A DNA stretch of 35,898 bases from Nemertoderma westbladi (Eukaryota > Animalia > Xenacoelomorpha): contig JAUCBJ010002262.1 in NCBI GenBank assembly GCA_032718475.1, positions 1 to 35,898 of the forward strand, read 5' to 3'. The notes under the pieces are model-generated. The model was given only the letters and a program-made list of their open reading frames with translations. It was not told the DNA's origin and made no database searches. Below, piece by piece: positions 21,796 to 34,005 of the stretch (positions are counted from its first letter, which is position 1; every line of letters starts with the position of its first letter). Position numbers and translations under genes: made by a program.

Positions 21796-22803
21796 CTACA
21801 GTAAACCTATTCGTGATGGAGTTTCCACCATCGCTTTAAACTGACCGAGAAAGTTTGCGGCGTCGGCTACTTCGATGAACCTCGCATCGTACGACAGAGT
21901 CACGGTGATGACGGAACTCGGCTCCATGTCCAACCCGATGGGCACCGTCTGACCGCCCCCCACCGCCAGAATGGCCCCCTGGGGCGGGTTAATAACCGCG
22001 CTGAACTCCCGCACCCCGAACATACCGAGATTACTGATGGAGAAAGTCCCTCCCACGAACTCGTTGGGTTGCAACCGGCCCTCGCGAGCGCGACGAGCCA
22101 GCGAACGGACCTCGGACCCGATCGCGAGAACGTCGAGTCGATCTGCGTTGAACACGATGGGAGTGATCAACCCCCGATCAGTCGCCACCGCTACCGATAT
22201 ATCCACCGACTCGTTGACTCTCATCGCTCCGTCGTCCCACGTCCCGTTCACCACGGCAACGCGTCGCAACGCCATCGCCGCTATCTTTATAACCAAATCG
22301 TTTAGTGAGACTTTGATATCGTCTGTCTCAGCGAGTTGTTTACGCAGCGAGTTTAAACTGTCGATACAGGAAGTTATCGAGGCGTAAGCGTGAGGGATGG
22401 TGGTCTTAGAGAGAGTGAGGCGTCTCGCGATGGCTTTACGCATGTTGGTCACCTCTATGTCTATGTAGGGGGACGTAGAGACCGGGGGTACCACTACCGG
22501 TACCACAGCGGGTGTGTACGGGGCTGCTGGTGCGACAGGGGGACTCTGAACGCCTCCTGCGGCCGGGGGCGGCACCGGCTGTAGTTTGTGTTTCTCTATG
22601 TAGTTAAGTAGGTCGCCTTTTACCAACCCGTGAGGTCCCGAGGCTTCCACCAGATTCGCGTCGATGTTGTATTCGTCCACTAGATGGCGTACGGATGGCA
22701 GTAAGGTCGCGGATTGGTGGGGTTGGTCAGCGGTAGTGACGTCATCCTTACCGTCAGCAGTCGCACTAGAATCCTCTACCCCAATATCAACAGGAACCTC
22801 CAC
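21796..22803 (-). CDS. PDHX: Pyruvate dehydrogenase protein X (E3BP), exon 2: E3-binding domain and non-catalytic core
   Basis: Acceptor attacag|GTG, phase 0. PSVRHL...ASGPHG..KGD; DISVAVATDRGLITPIV; GGTFSISNLGMFG; INPPQ. The catalytic DHR reads DAR. Confidence 0.93.
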   Translation of the reverse strand: MEVPVDIGVEDSSATADGKDDVTTADQPHQSATLLPSVRHLVDEYNIDANLVEASGPHGLVKGDLLNYIEKHKLQPVPPPAAGGVQSPPVAPAAPYTPAVVPVVVPPVSTSPYIDIEVTNMRKAIARRLTLSKTTIPHAYASITSCIDSLNSLRKQLAETDDIKVSLNDLVIKIAAMALRRVAVVNGTWDDGAMRVNESVDISVAVATDRGLITPIVFNADRLDVLAIGSEVRSLARRAREGRLQPNEFVGGTFSISNLGMFGVREFSAVINPPQGAILAVGGGQTVPIGLDMEPSSVITVTLSYDARFIEVADAANFLGQFKAMVETPSRIGLL

Positions 22804-22961
22804 CTGTAATTATAATAAACTGTTAAACAATCCAGTCCATATTAACAGTAAGGTTGCACCCCAATACTATACTTTTTAAATATGTTAAATATTTATGATT
22901 TTTAAAATTATGTAATAACCATTCTATTAATTGCTAAAGAAGCAAGAGTTACTGGTAACAA

Positions 22962-23081
22962 TACGAAATTAATAAGCATATTAACTGAATAAAACACAAC
23001 GCGTTTCGAATATAATGATGACGAATTAAATATTCGAAACGCGTTGAGTTTTAATAAATTAATATGCTTATTAATTTCGTA
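22962..23081. repeat. 120-bp foldback with 52-bp arms in the PDHX intron
   Basis: tacgaaattaataagcatattaa...acgcgtttcgaatat is followed by its reverse complement with few mismatches. Confidence 0.9.
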
Positions 23082-23189
23082 ATAATTCTAATAATTGATA
23101 ATAAACAACAATGTTAATTCGACGAGAAGAGATTGGCAAGCGTACCCCCCCCCCCCCCCCCCCCCCCCCGCATCTATTACGTGCTCTCA

Positions 23190-23275
23190 CCTAAACGTAG
23201 CGGTTAAATCAGTTGCATTGAATTCGCATCTCTCTGGAGGTCGTAGGTTCGATCCCCGCATGGAGCCAGATCAGT
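23190..23275 (+). mobile_element. tRNA-derived SINE-like head next to a poly-C run
   Basis: A-box-like cgtagcggttaa and B-box ggttcgatccc; no clean cloverleaf. Confidence 0.55.
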
Positions 23276-23673
23276 TTAGAGCTTTAAAGGAGCCTGAGCT
23301 TTGAAGTGACCCGCACTGGAAATAAGTCATCGGACTTTGTGCGTATTGTTGTGATTTGGTCAATTTTGTGTGATTTGGGTGTTTAGACGGGCCGCTATAC
23401 GTTTGAGGTTTGACAGTAATTATAACTCGCCCCACAGATTAATTAAATTCGATTATTACGTGCACGGGACCATTACAGTGGGCCTACCGGCTGATCGGTA
23501 CTGTCAGTACTAGCTAGAGTAGTGGCTAGAGTAGTGCTAGAGTACTGTCAGTACCTGTAGAAAACTTTACCGGCATAAAATACTACTACCAGTGCAGTAC
23601 CTGAGTACGGTAAATAGTAAATACACAAAATATTTATGTTTGTATACGGTATCGTGTATCGGTATACCGGTAC

Positions 23674-24093
23674 CTGTGTGTAGTCTTCTCCAGGGGGTAC
23701 CACGAGGGCGATTAATTGCGTTATTTTAACATTTTTGGAACCATCGGGGGCGATTATCTTCGCTACAATCCCATCGTCATCTGCGTCTAACGTAACAGTT
23801 GCTTTATCCGTCTCTATTTCGCACAAAGCATCGCCGGCGTTGAAACTCTCCCCTTCGGAAATCAGCCACTTTTGTATGGTCCCTTCTTCCATGGTTGGCG
23901 ATAAGGCCGGCATAAGAATCTTTATTGTATCTACATTTAGACACGCCGACGTGTGATAGTGATTGCATCCCGATCTTGGCTTTGACGAAGTCCATGATGG
24001 TAGAAAACGAGACCGATAAATATTCCCACGAGATGTACCGGTAGGTAGGCTTAATCGATGGTTGGAACGGATAATGTGACGTATCGTTGCCAT
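23674..24093 (-). CDS. PDHX: PDHX exon 1: mitochondrial presequence and single lipoyl domain
   Basis: Arg/Ser-rich leader, [23 protein letters not shown]. Donor CAG|GTACCG at 23674/23673, phase 0; the spliced protein is 475 aa. Confidence 0.93.
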
Positions 24094-24526
24094 TGCTGCA
24101 ATGAGATTGGCTGATTGGCAGATTGGATACGAATCGTCGAACAGTGCATTACAGTCAGACGTCTGGACGTGCTGAAAGCATACCGGTAGGTTTATTTTTG
24201 TTAAATTTAGAAATGAAATGAAAATGACCTGTAGTCTGTAGATTTACCTTGCAATAATATAGCTAAACCATACAAATTTAAGGAAATTCAGTACCGGTAT
24301 ACAGGTATATGTGGTATGGTATGGCATATAGATCTGTAGATAGCTGTATAGGCCTATGCAGCTATGGATTGCTGGATTGACCGGATGAGATCAGGATATT
24401 TATTTATCTACGTTATTCTAACCTAAATAATGAAGGGATTTTTTTACAACAGGCCGTAACAGATTTCTTTTTGATGATTCAAAAATATATTTTAGTGATA
24501 ATATATATATATATATATGGGAATGT

Positions 24527-24699
24527 ATTGTGGAAATATATATTTGATAACGAAAAAAATTTACTGGAAAACAGGAATTGTTTTAATGACCAATAAAATT
24601 AATGGGTTTAATAATTGTGGAAATATATATTTGATAACGAAAAAAATTTACTGGAAAACAGGAATTGTTTTAGTGACCAATAAAATTAATGGGTTTAAT
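24527..24699. repeat. 87-bp direct tandem duplication after a (TA)n run
   Basis: attgtggaaatatatatttgataacg...gggtttaat occurs twice, almost identical. Confidence 0.93.
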
Positions 24700-25062
24700 G
24701 TAGGCTACCAATACTAGTAAAACAGTAAACATAGAGACATGCAGGGAATAGCTACCGTCCTTAAGTTGAAACTGAAAGCTTTTTGATAAACATAAGTTAA
24801 AGTACCGGCACTGGTACTAAATAGGCTAGAACTAAGTTTAGTAACATATGGCATATGGTACATATGGCTGTATGGTAAGATCAGCGCACAAGCCTGTATG
24901 TCCATATATTTAATGTTTCTTACAGAACGCCTTCTTACAGATACGCCACGTATGCATTATTAATCGGGGTGTCTCCTGGGAGTGGATAGTTAGTAGGGTA
25001 GCACCCCGCACATAGTATAGTGTCTATATAGTGTCATTTTCTGATAACACGGGCCCCCAAAA

Positions 25063-25481
25063 ATTTTTCTACAAATCTTTATCATAATGCTTGAACTTTG
25101 AAACATAACTAGTTCCACTCACCGTCGTTGACCCGATGATATGGTGGATGCTCTTTGCCAATTAATTTATTTCTTTTCAGAAGTTCCCCATGACGTCATA
25201 ATTTATGGTCGACCAAAAATTAATTTATGGTCAACCAAAAATTAATTTATGGCCGACCAAAAATTAATTTATGGCCGACCAAAAATTAATTTATGGTCGA
25301 CCAAAAATTAATTTTTGGTCGACCATAAATTATGACGTCATGGAGAACTTCTGAAAAAAAAAGTAAAAAAAAAATTAATTAAGTGGCAAAGATCAGCCAC
25401 CGTATCATGGGGTCAACGACGGTGAGTGGAACTAGTTATGTTTCAAAGTTCAAGCAATATGATAAAGATTTGTAGAAAAAT
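25063..25481. mobile_element. About 420-bp foldback/MITE-like palindrome with central 22-bp self-complementary repeats
   Basis: Arms atttttctacaaatctttatcat... / ...atgataaagatttgtagaaaaat. The centre holds about six aatttatggtcgaccaaaaatt-type units. Confidence 0.85.
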
Positions 25482-26410
25482 CGGAGAAAAAGTTCCCTAT
25501 TCTTAAAAATATAGTTCCAGAAAAAGTTTTTTCTTATTCTAGAATATTCTTTATACATTTTACATTAGTTTGAAACAAACTAAGATTCCATCGAGACTCT
25601 ATTGTATTCAAAAAGCTATAAGGCTTTCTATTATTGTATACCAATTTAATTTGTACTTTGTATTTTAGTAAATATATGAAAATATATATGCCACTACTGT
25701 ATATCTCATATCGTGGGAAAAAATAACAATTTAATAAAAAACTCACTTATTGCATAGGAAAAAAACCAAGAATATTATTTGCAATATTTAATTAACCTGG
25801 CATATCACCTCATATTTAAGTTAGATGGTGTTTATAAAATTGTTACCTCTTCACGGAATCGTACTTGGAAATATAAATAGTATCTACTGTAAAGTAATAT
25901 GAACATTTTCATGTCACCTCCGTCAAAGGTTTTAATCATTCAATATTCCATCAAGTTTAAAATTATAATAACTTGTAATTATAACATGATTAATGGTATT
26001 GACAAATTAACTTGTACGTGGTCGTGGTGTTTATAACAACTGATGCATAATCTCTGTTGTATGTTCTTAGTTCCCATTGGACGCCCATAGATGCGTTAGT
26101 TAATGTTGGAGGGAAATTTAAATTGCTTTGTATTGTAGAAAAGCACTGCACCGCACCAGTCGATTCTTGGTGAACTTAATATTGCGGCATGGTAAAAAGG
26201 AAGAGCGGCAAGGTTGCTTAAAGCAAATAAATACTGGGCGGCTGTTGCAAAATAATAATTATTTGTTGCTTTATCTTTAGCTTGTTTATATCTAATTAAA
26301 TTTTGTTTTGTTAAGATATGCACGTGTTCAAAACAAATTTAGGCCTACGTAGTGATATTTGCAGTCAATGCAGTGGCCAATGTTGAATACGTTTATATTT
26401 ATTCCGACAG

Positions 26411-27364
26411 ATGAATATGATGGACGATTGTTCAGAAGAATGCGAGACAAACACAAAATCAATATTTGAATGTCTCAATCAACAAATCCTTGAAGTCGAA
26501 CTTTTACAGAGTATTTACGCAGACAGCATCTGCATCGATAAAGATTCCAACATTGAATTCTTAAAGAACCTTTTATTAGAAACAGATAGTGACTCTGACG
26601 ATGTGGCATCTGGTTTAGCATCGACCTGCCGAATTGAATTTACTCTAACATTAACTCATAACCCATCGGTAGGATCGCAATCACCGGTCCGCGTAGAACT
26701 TCATTGTTCACTTCCCCAAACATATCCTTATCAACTTCCGGACATATACGTTAAAGCCGATAGTTTATGTCGAAAAAAACAGTCTATACTGAACAAAGAT
26801 ATTATGGAATATTTGTCGAATTTACCACGGGGTGATTTGGTTATATCGCAACTGGCGCAGTGGTTAAGCGATAGAATCTATAACTTATTAGACTCTGATA
26901 CTGATACCCAGGTTGAAATCACCGACAACAGTGATCGAGGAGAGAGTAAACTCTCCAAGATAGGTTTCCGTAGATTATGGTTGTATAGTCACCATATATA
27001 CTCCAAAACTAAGCGTAAGGATATGCTGGATTTGGCGAAGGACCTTGGCCTTACAGGATTCGTGATGCCTGGCAAACCCGGCGTGGTTTGTATTGAGGGA
27101 GTTGCCACGGCAACTGAAGAATTCTGGAAGATTGTTCGATGCTGGACGTGGAAAAAAATAGTTGTAAAACATCGGGAAGTGTATGATAGTGGAGACGGGG
27201 ATTTATTTACTGGGTTTGAAGAAGTTTCATTTCAACCACGCCATGGCGGTGGTAAGGAATATCATATGGATATGGGGTTGTTTTATAAATATCTCGCGGA
27301 CCACCAATGTGGCCATCTATTCCAACTATACTTTGGGGTGGAGGGAAAGTCTTCTACTAACTGA
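26411..27364 (+). CDS. RWDD2B: RWD domain-containing protein 2 (RWDD2A/B family), 317 aa, single coding exon
   Basis: RWD domain (EVELLQSIY, LP..YP...P) and C-terminal RLWLYSHHIY...LTGF.MPGKPG.VC.EG...FW. A versus B paralogy is not resolvable. An acceptor-like ttccgacag lies directly before the ATG. Confidence 0.92.
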   Translation: MNMMDDCSEECETNTKSIFECLNQQILEVELLQSIYADSICIDKDSNIEFLKNLLLETDSDSDDVASGLASTCRIEFTLTLTHNPSVGSQSPVRVELHCSLPQTYPYQLPDIYVKADSLCRKKQSILNKDIMEYLSNLPRGDLVISQLAQWLSDRIYNLLDSDTDTQVEITDNSDRGESKLSKIGFRRLWLYSHHIYSKTKRKDMLDLAKDLGLTGFVMPGKPGVVCIEGVATATEEFWKIVRCWTWKKIVVKHREVYDSGDGDLFTGFEEVSFQPRHGGGKEYHMDMGLFYKYLADHQCGHLFQLYFGVEGKSSTN

Positions 27365-27522
27365 TTGGTTTTGGTCTGCTGTCAATTTATTAACGGTTCG
27401 GTTATTTTATTTTCAATGGAAGATTTACATATCATATCGAGAACCTATATTTTATATCTATAGAGAAACTATCTATATGAGTTTGCTTTACAATAAATAC
27501 TTTTGAATTTATCTTAAAAATA

Positions 27523-27672
27523 CGAAACGACTGGGGTCCCTGCCGCGGCCCTTCCAGCCCCAGCTTGAATATGCCGGGTATTTACCTGGTTTACATACAA
27601 TGAAATTGAACACTTAAACCGACATTAAACCCGGTCCCGGCCTCGACAAATATTTTAGACCCGGTCGTTTCT
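27523..27672. mobile_element. Putative 150-bp MITE flanked by TA
   Basis: Imperfect TIRs gaaacgactggggtc / gacccggtcgtttc, with TA on both sides. Confidence 0.55.
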
Positions 27673-28239
27673 TAGATAAGAAACAAACTACAGATATGAG
27701 ATTAAATTTAACTTAATTTAATTGCATATGTCAAGCTGAGAATAGTACACAGTAAAATACACGTTGTGGGGTCTTCGAGCAGCACGTGTTCAAATGTTCA
27801 ATGACTGAGCAGCGACTAATTAACAAATTTATGAGAGATTCATAGACCAGTTACAGACAGATCAATATTGTGACATATATTTTTGTTTAATGTTTGATTC
27901 AATTAGAGGCACAAATTAAAAAGGCTACAAATATATAGGGTTGAATAATTAAATTAGTCACCCATTAGGCCTAAAAGGTAGCCAAATATAAGTTGCAATC
28001 TATATAAATTTTTAAATTCAGTAGTGTGCGTGTGTTGTGTATTGATTCCGTAGATTTCATGTTGAAATAGCGTTCATTAATTCAATTTCTATTTAATTAT
28101 TCAGGCATACTAATACACACGTTAAATTAGTTCGTGTGTGTTAAGTGTGTACGATTTGATTGTTTCGTCACGAAACCATTAGGGCACAGAAACTGACGGA
28201 TTCTTCGCGAATTTCGCAAACTTCGGAAATTTGTTCTAC

Positions 28240-31200
28240 AATTTTGACTCCTTAAGCAAAAGGGTCCCGAATGAGTTTTTTAACCTTTATTTTTTTGTGA
28301 TTTTGAGTGCTTTTTTATATTAGTGAATATTCTAGAACCTTAGTAGATTTTTAATGGTATATAGCTAGTATTTTTTACTAGCTAGTAATTTTTGGAAATT
28401 ATTTTGGTCATTAATATATTCTTCAACAGTTTAACCTGAAATATCATCACATTTTTTATAATTTCAAAATATATTAGCTAGCAAAAAAACACTAGCTATC
28501 ATAAAAAAACATATCTACTAATGTTGTAGAACTTTTAGTCCGGCAGCCACGTACCTCTTTTTGGCCTAACCGAAAATTTTTGGACGGATTACATTTTTTG
28601 GATGTTTTGGTGTCTAGGGGTCCCTCTTAACATAAAAAAGTGATTTATGGACTTTGACACCTTGGGCAATTTTTATTAATGACCCGTTTCTATGGACTAC
28701 AGAAATTTCTATGAAAGCTTAGCGATCAGAATGGCGATTAACTGTTAGGCTTGAACTGGTTGTAATTTTGATCGAAAATATGAAAATTTTAGAGAAACTA
28801 TTGAAGTGTTGCTATGGTAACGAAGGCACTACAACTATCGCTGTATCTTTCCAAATGAAAACTACCGGTACTATGCTTAATGATATATTTGTTTTTTGGT
28901 TCGTCTGTCCACTTTGTTAATAATGTTTATCCCTAAATATTATGCACCACATCAATTTTGTGTAGAAGTATGGTTGGCAACAAATACCCGTATTCATGGA
29001 AACTACATGAATTTATTGCGGACATCACATCTGAAGCATTTAAAACCTTGACAGAAAATTATTACCTTAAAATGTATATATAAATCATTTGTCTCCAGCT
29101 TGTTTATTTAAGCATGACACTTTTTTAATGCTAAAATTTAGTTAATGCATGGCGAATATGGAGACTATGCATTTTATATTATTCATTGTTTGATTATAAT
29201 ATAATATTAGATTACGAAATGTTTGCGCATGAATCTTTATTGCAATTGCAGAATTCTGAGCAATCAGTTTGGTTTTTTCTGCAGGTGCACTTCTGCGATT
29301 TACAAGGGATTTTGGAAGAACAGCTACACCGAATTAATTGCAAAATGCATTCCGGAGCTGGTGGTATGCCCTCAGGTATTGCAATCGGGGAAAGTTGATT
29401 GTTGGCTATTCTCCACCCATATTCTCTGGGGTCTACACTAGGTGGTCTAATTTCCATTGTGTTCTTCCACACCATTACTTGCAAATGGGCTCTTTTCACG
29501 TTCTCTGTGAAGGATTCAGTCGTCGGTGGTATTGTTTGCAGCTTTGCACAGCTGGTGATTGTTTTTTCTGTCCACATCTTTTGTCTTAACTGGCTCATGT
29601 TGTCTGAGGCATATCTATAGCAGTCAGAAATAAAGTTGGTACATTCCTTTAAGACTGTAGATTGCGGTGCTTCCATTTCTCCCAAACAAGACTGTAGATT
29701 GCGGTGCTTCCATTTCTCCCAAACAAGAAAGAGTGAGTCCTTTCTCCAAAGCCTTGATGACTTTAGCTTTGCCAATCCCAAACATACTCGCAACCGTGTC
29801 ACACCCAGATGAAGCATGGCCTCCCAAAAGATTTCCTATGATACCACGATGCATTTTTACTGTTTCTCCCACGTCTATCACTGCGGTACGGTTTTTTATC
29901 GGGGATTTTATGAAAATTGAATTGGTTATACTTTCCCTCAAATAAAAATGTAATAATAGAACAAATACATCGGTATCGTCTGAGATAATGGCTATGCCTG
30001 CAGATGTTTTTTTGCACAAAGAAATTGCCTGATGGACCAATATAACATCTGCCCCTTCATGATATATCTCAATGTCTTTCCGCTCACTATGGACGCCAAT
30101 GGAACTTATTTCGAATGGTACAGAATTTTGCCCGGTAACAACAAGAATGTTAGAGGAGTTTTCACTATGCAACTTTAAATTCGTCTTTAGTGCTTGACAT
30201 ATCATTTGTATGATTTGTTTCTTGTTAAAGGTTACAGTTAGAAGAACGTCCTTCGATGGGAGCTTCAGATTTCCTTGAAGGTTATATTTTCTACTTCCTG
30301 TGCTAACTCGCTTGCTTCTAGTAGCTGCCTTTGCACTTAAGTCATAGTATCTGTAAAACATATTTGAATTGAGGGATATGATATTCATTACTGTTAAAAA
30401 GTCAGTTTTATTCGTTGTAAAAGATCACATATCATTGTGTTAAAATTTCAGAATAGTAGCTATATAAATAAAAAAGTAGATTTGTGTAATGGTCCCCTGA
30501 ATATTGTTATAGATTAATATTGTGTTCTATTGTACTTTTTTTATAATAAAAACTTTGATCACTTACTTACCTGTCAAAAACTAAGTACACATTACTTTTC
30601 TTCAGCATATTTCCCACATACTTCAAAAAAGATGCAATAAAATCACCTACAGTCCCGTTTGTTGGCCAGGGTACCACCCACAGAACTGCTGACGCATCAA
30701 CTACTTGGTAAGAAATATCCACTGTAATTTCAGGTATCTCAACTTTCAATCGGTTCTTTAAGTCACATTTAGAAGCAGCTGGACGCATATCTCCATTTTC
30801 CAGAAACATTGAGAGTGGCACTGAAGACAGTTCATAAGAGAGTAGTGTTTCTCGTTTAATTGATATCCTGCTACTCTCTTGTAATGCAATATACCGCGAG
30901 TAGATCAACTCTGTATTAAATAGTTTTTTATCGCCCAATTTAATATGATGTTTACTTTCCTCCATTGTAGTCACCTGGAGTTATAAATAAATGTTTTTAT
31001 TATGTATTCTTTGGCACTAAATGGAATATGGGTTTAGTTATGGATATTTAGATGAATAAATGTTAAAGAGCAGAAATCAACTCTCCCGCTACAGATAGGT
31101 GATGTTAGGGGGGAGGGGTTGTACTCTTTACGCAGACAAAATTTAAACCTCGGAAGAAAATCTTCACAATCACAATTAATGGTAAAAAAGAAGCATCAGG

Positions 31201-33235
31201 TTCAGGCATGAACATGCAACCTGTGACTCTCCCTTATTTGTTTCGGTAGACTAGCGTACCTTTGTTTCCTGTTCCTTTCCCTTACTGTAATTGCTTTTTG
31301 TCCTTGTTCTTCTTTTACCATTATAATTACAACTATCTGCGTCTCCGCTACCATTATATTTACTACAACAATCAAAGTCTGCCGTCCTTTTCATATTTCT
31401 GAACGAGCAGCCAAAAATGGCCTCAATTGCTCAATTGTCACGTTTTTCTCATCAGGTGCAACAAATTTGCTATCTAGTGTGCTACTGTGCCATGGGTGGC
31501 CATATATTACCACATTTTAACATGGTATAGCCTATCGTCTCTTAATTATACTTGATATACACACTTTAGTACTACTGTAGTATGTGTACACATAAACGAG
31601 TTTTTGCTTCTATAGCTAGTTTTTGGTACTTTTTATTTTAGAAATATGCGCTTTTAGCTATTGTTATGTAAAAAAATGATGTTCTAGAACACATATTTTT
31701 TGTTTTAGAACATGTTGTTTAAATTGACTAATTTTATTAGAAATTATTTGTTATGTGTATTACATTGTTTAATTACCTATAAACATTAAACGCTACCGAT
31801 TTCAATGCATGCTAGCGATTTTGAAAGTTCGCTATTATTTTTTGAAAAAGCAACTTTAAGAACTAGCTACTACAAAACAAAATAACGTTTATGGGTACAC
31901 ATACTATCTACATATTTTTTACTAGCTATTTTTAAGCAGTTTTTTAGCATATGACAATGTTCTAGAACATGTCCCGCGGCAAAAAAATATATAAATTTTT
32001 TTATGGTATCTAGTATATTTTTTGTCTAGCTAGTGTTTTAAAAAAAATTTACTACCTATTTTTAAGCGCAGTTTTATTTTTTTTCAAAAAATAAAAGATG
32101 CAGTATGACATTCTAGAATATTTTGTTAATTGCAAAGTAAAAAACTGTCACTAAACAATAACACGAATTGAAAAGAGTAAATGAAAAGATGGAAGAAATC
32201 CATTCATGGAGATAATAAAGAAATAACAGCAACCTACCCTGTTGATTAAATCATACTGTTTAAATATTTATATGGTTAAATATAAATATCTTGAAACATG
32301 GTAACAATGGTTTATGTTATAAAAATGTAGTGTTATACGGAACTGTGACTCAAAGTATGTAGTACCCAACTCAAAATTTGGTATATATAAATATTATTAT
32401 ATCGTACTTTTGAAATATGGAACACTGGAACATACAGTAAAATCCACTCTAATCTACTTTGCTAAGGTACTTCTGCACTTTATTATCTGTACTATCCCTT
32501 ACGGTATCGATTTATGAGACGGGTACAATAAAAAGAGATGCACAGTACAGTAGAAAGGAGCTAAACTGGAAATAACAAATATAGTTACCGTAGAAACATC
32601 AGCTGAATATTATAATCGCTGAAATTTGTAATCTTTAATAATTATGTTAACACTCAAACATGTCAGGTTAGGAAATATATATCAGTCCAATTTAGATTCT
32701 TAACCTTGTCTAAAGTTACAGAAAGGCCACGCTAATAAAATAAACCTAATTTATCTAACTTTCCTGCATATTCTTGTAACTAATGGTATAATTAAAGGCG
32801 ATTGAAATCGCAACACTAAACTTTAATGCCGTCTCCATAGCAACAGGATCTAAAAATCAGACTAAAAAAGATTGTCATTATTTCGTAGATTAACTAAATT
32901 GACTTTGTAGCAGATTTTAATCCATTATGACGTGCTGTTTTGCAGTTGCTATGCTTTAAATGAGAATTACGTGGTCCTTAGCAACTAGGTCGTTATTTCA
33001 AAATGCCCAAAGTCAAAAATGTTATAATCGCCATTTCCTCATTAAGTGGGACCTATAGAACTCAAAACATCAAAAAAATTGAATCCGTCCAAAAAATTTC
33101 GGTATACCTTTGTGGCTGCCGGACTATTTCACCAATACCAAAAAAATTAAAAAACTCTAAAAAAGGATTGGTGAAAATGGCTGGGGTGTCGACAGGGCGA
33201 AGTAGGGACCGTGTTGCTTAACCCCATAGAGCCTA
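28240..33235 (-). mobile_element. Academ-like (AcademX, XPG + Cys8) DNA transposon, internally deleted; left boundary approximate
   Basis: Long imperfect inverted repeats (28535..28700 vs 32968..33126, plus ttaagcaa...ggtccc) bracket XPG/PIN-like ORF pieces. The right end reads ccccatagagccta. No TSD identified. Confidence 0.7.
29212..30974 (-). pseudogene. Transposon XPG/FEN1-like nuclease plus Cys8/CXC finger, spliced (intron 30351..30570) and frameshifted
   Basis: VVDASA, VFDR|YY (joined across a GT-AG intron), HEGAD, SDDTDV, GCDT...FGIGK, IPPT, CSC...C....CTC......C...CNC. A perfect 37-bp duplication at 29651..29724 shifts the frame. Confidence 0.85.
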
Positions 33236-33290
33236 ATGACGTCCACTGCACGTCACAATGGACAGCACGAAGACGTGCAGTGGACGTCAT
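33236..33290. other. Perfect 19-bp-arm hairpin abutting the Academ-like terminus
   Basis: atgacgtccactgcacgtc, 17-nt loop, gacgtgcagtggacgtcat. Confidence 0.88.
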
Positions 33291-33466
33291 GCTGGAATAC
33301 ATGTTTTATTGGAAGGCTCTTGGAGTAGGTATACTGGTGGATAGTATTAATGACATTTATTGCTCTTCATGGCAAAAAATCCATTCTGTACTGTAGATAG
33401 GCTGTATTGTAGACTGTATTATTAGTGTTAGGTATATGGCGTAATGTCAACCACAGTACAGTAGTT

Positions 33467-34005
33467 CAGACTGACAGAGAGACCGACAGACAGGCAGACT
33501 CGATTTATGTAAACGTGTAAACTGACATCAGAAATAAAATCAGCAACCCTTAAAACCCCCATAGCGAGAATGTTGGTTAGTTAGTATAATTTCTTAAGTT
33601 TTCACAGACTGACTGACAGAAAGACCGACAGCCAGGCAGACTAGATTTTTTTAAACGTGAAACTGACATCTGAAATAAAATCAGCACCCATTAAAACCCC
33701 CATAACGAGAATGTTAGTTAGTTTGTATTATTTTTTAAGTTTTGACAGACTGACTGACTGACAGAAAGACCGACAAACAGACAGACTAGATTTATGTAAA
33801 CCTGAAAACTGACATCAGAAATGAAATCAGCACCTCTTAAAACCCCCATAGCGAGAATGTTAGTTAATTTGAATTCTCTTTTATGTTTTGACAGACTGAC
33901 TGGCAGAATGACCGACAGACAGACAGACTAGATTTATGTAAACGTGAAAACTGACATCAGAAATGTAATCAACACTCTTTAAAACCCCCATAGCGAGAAT
34001 GTTAG
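33467..34005. repeat. About 140-bp tandem repeat, nearly 4 units, with GACA/GACT-rich heads
   Basis: Units begin near 33467, 33605, 33746 and 33891. Shared core aaactgacatcagaaat.aaatcagc...aaaacccccatagcgagaatgtt. Confidence 0.93.

Noticed and set aside
23548-23673. Hydrophobic C-terminal extension of ORF 23548..24093
   Set aside because: Read-through into the intron past the donor at 23673.
21796-24093. DLAT, or a horizontally acquired bacterial E2 suggested by high GC
   Set aside because: The mitochondrial presequence, GT-AG intron, single lipoyl domain and missing catalytic His fit native PDHX.
29212-29400. Host tesmin/LIN54 CXC gene
   Set aside because: The Cys cluster is fused to an XPG-like domain within inverted repeats, which is a transposon layout.
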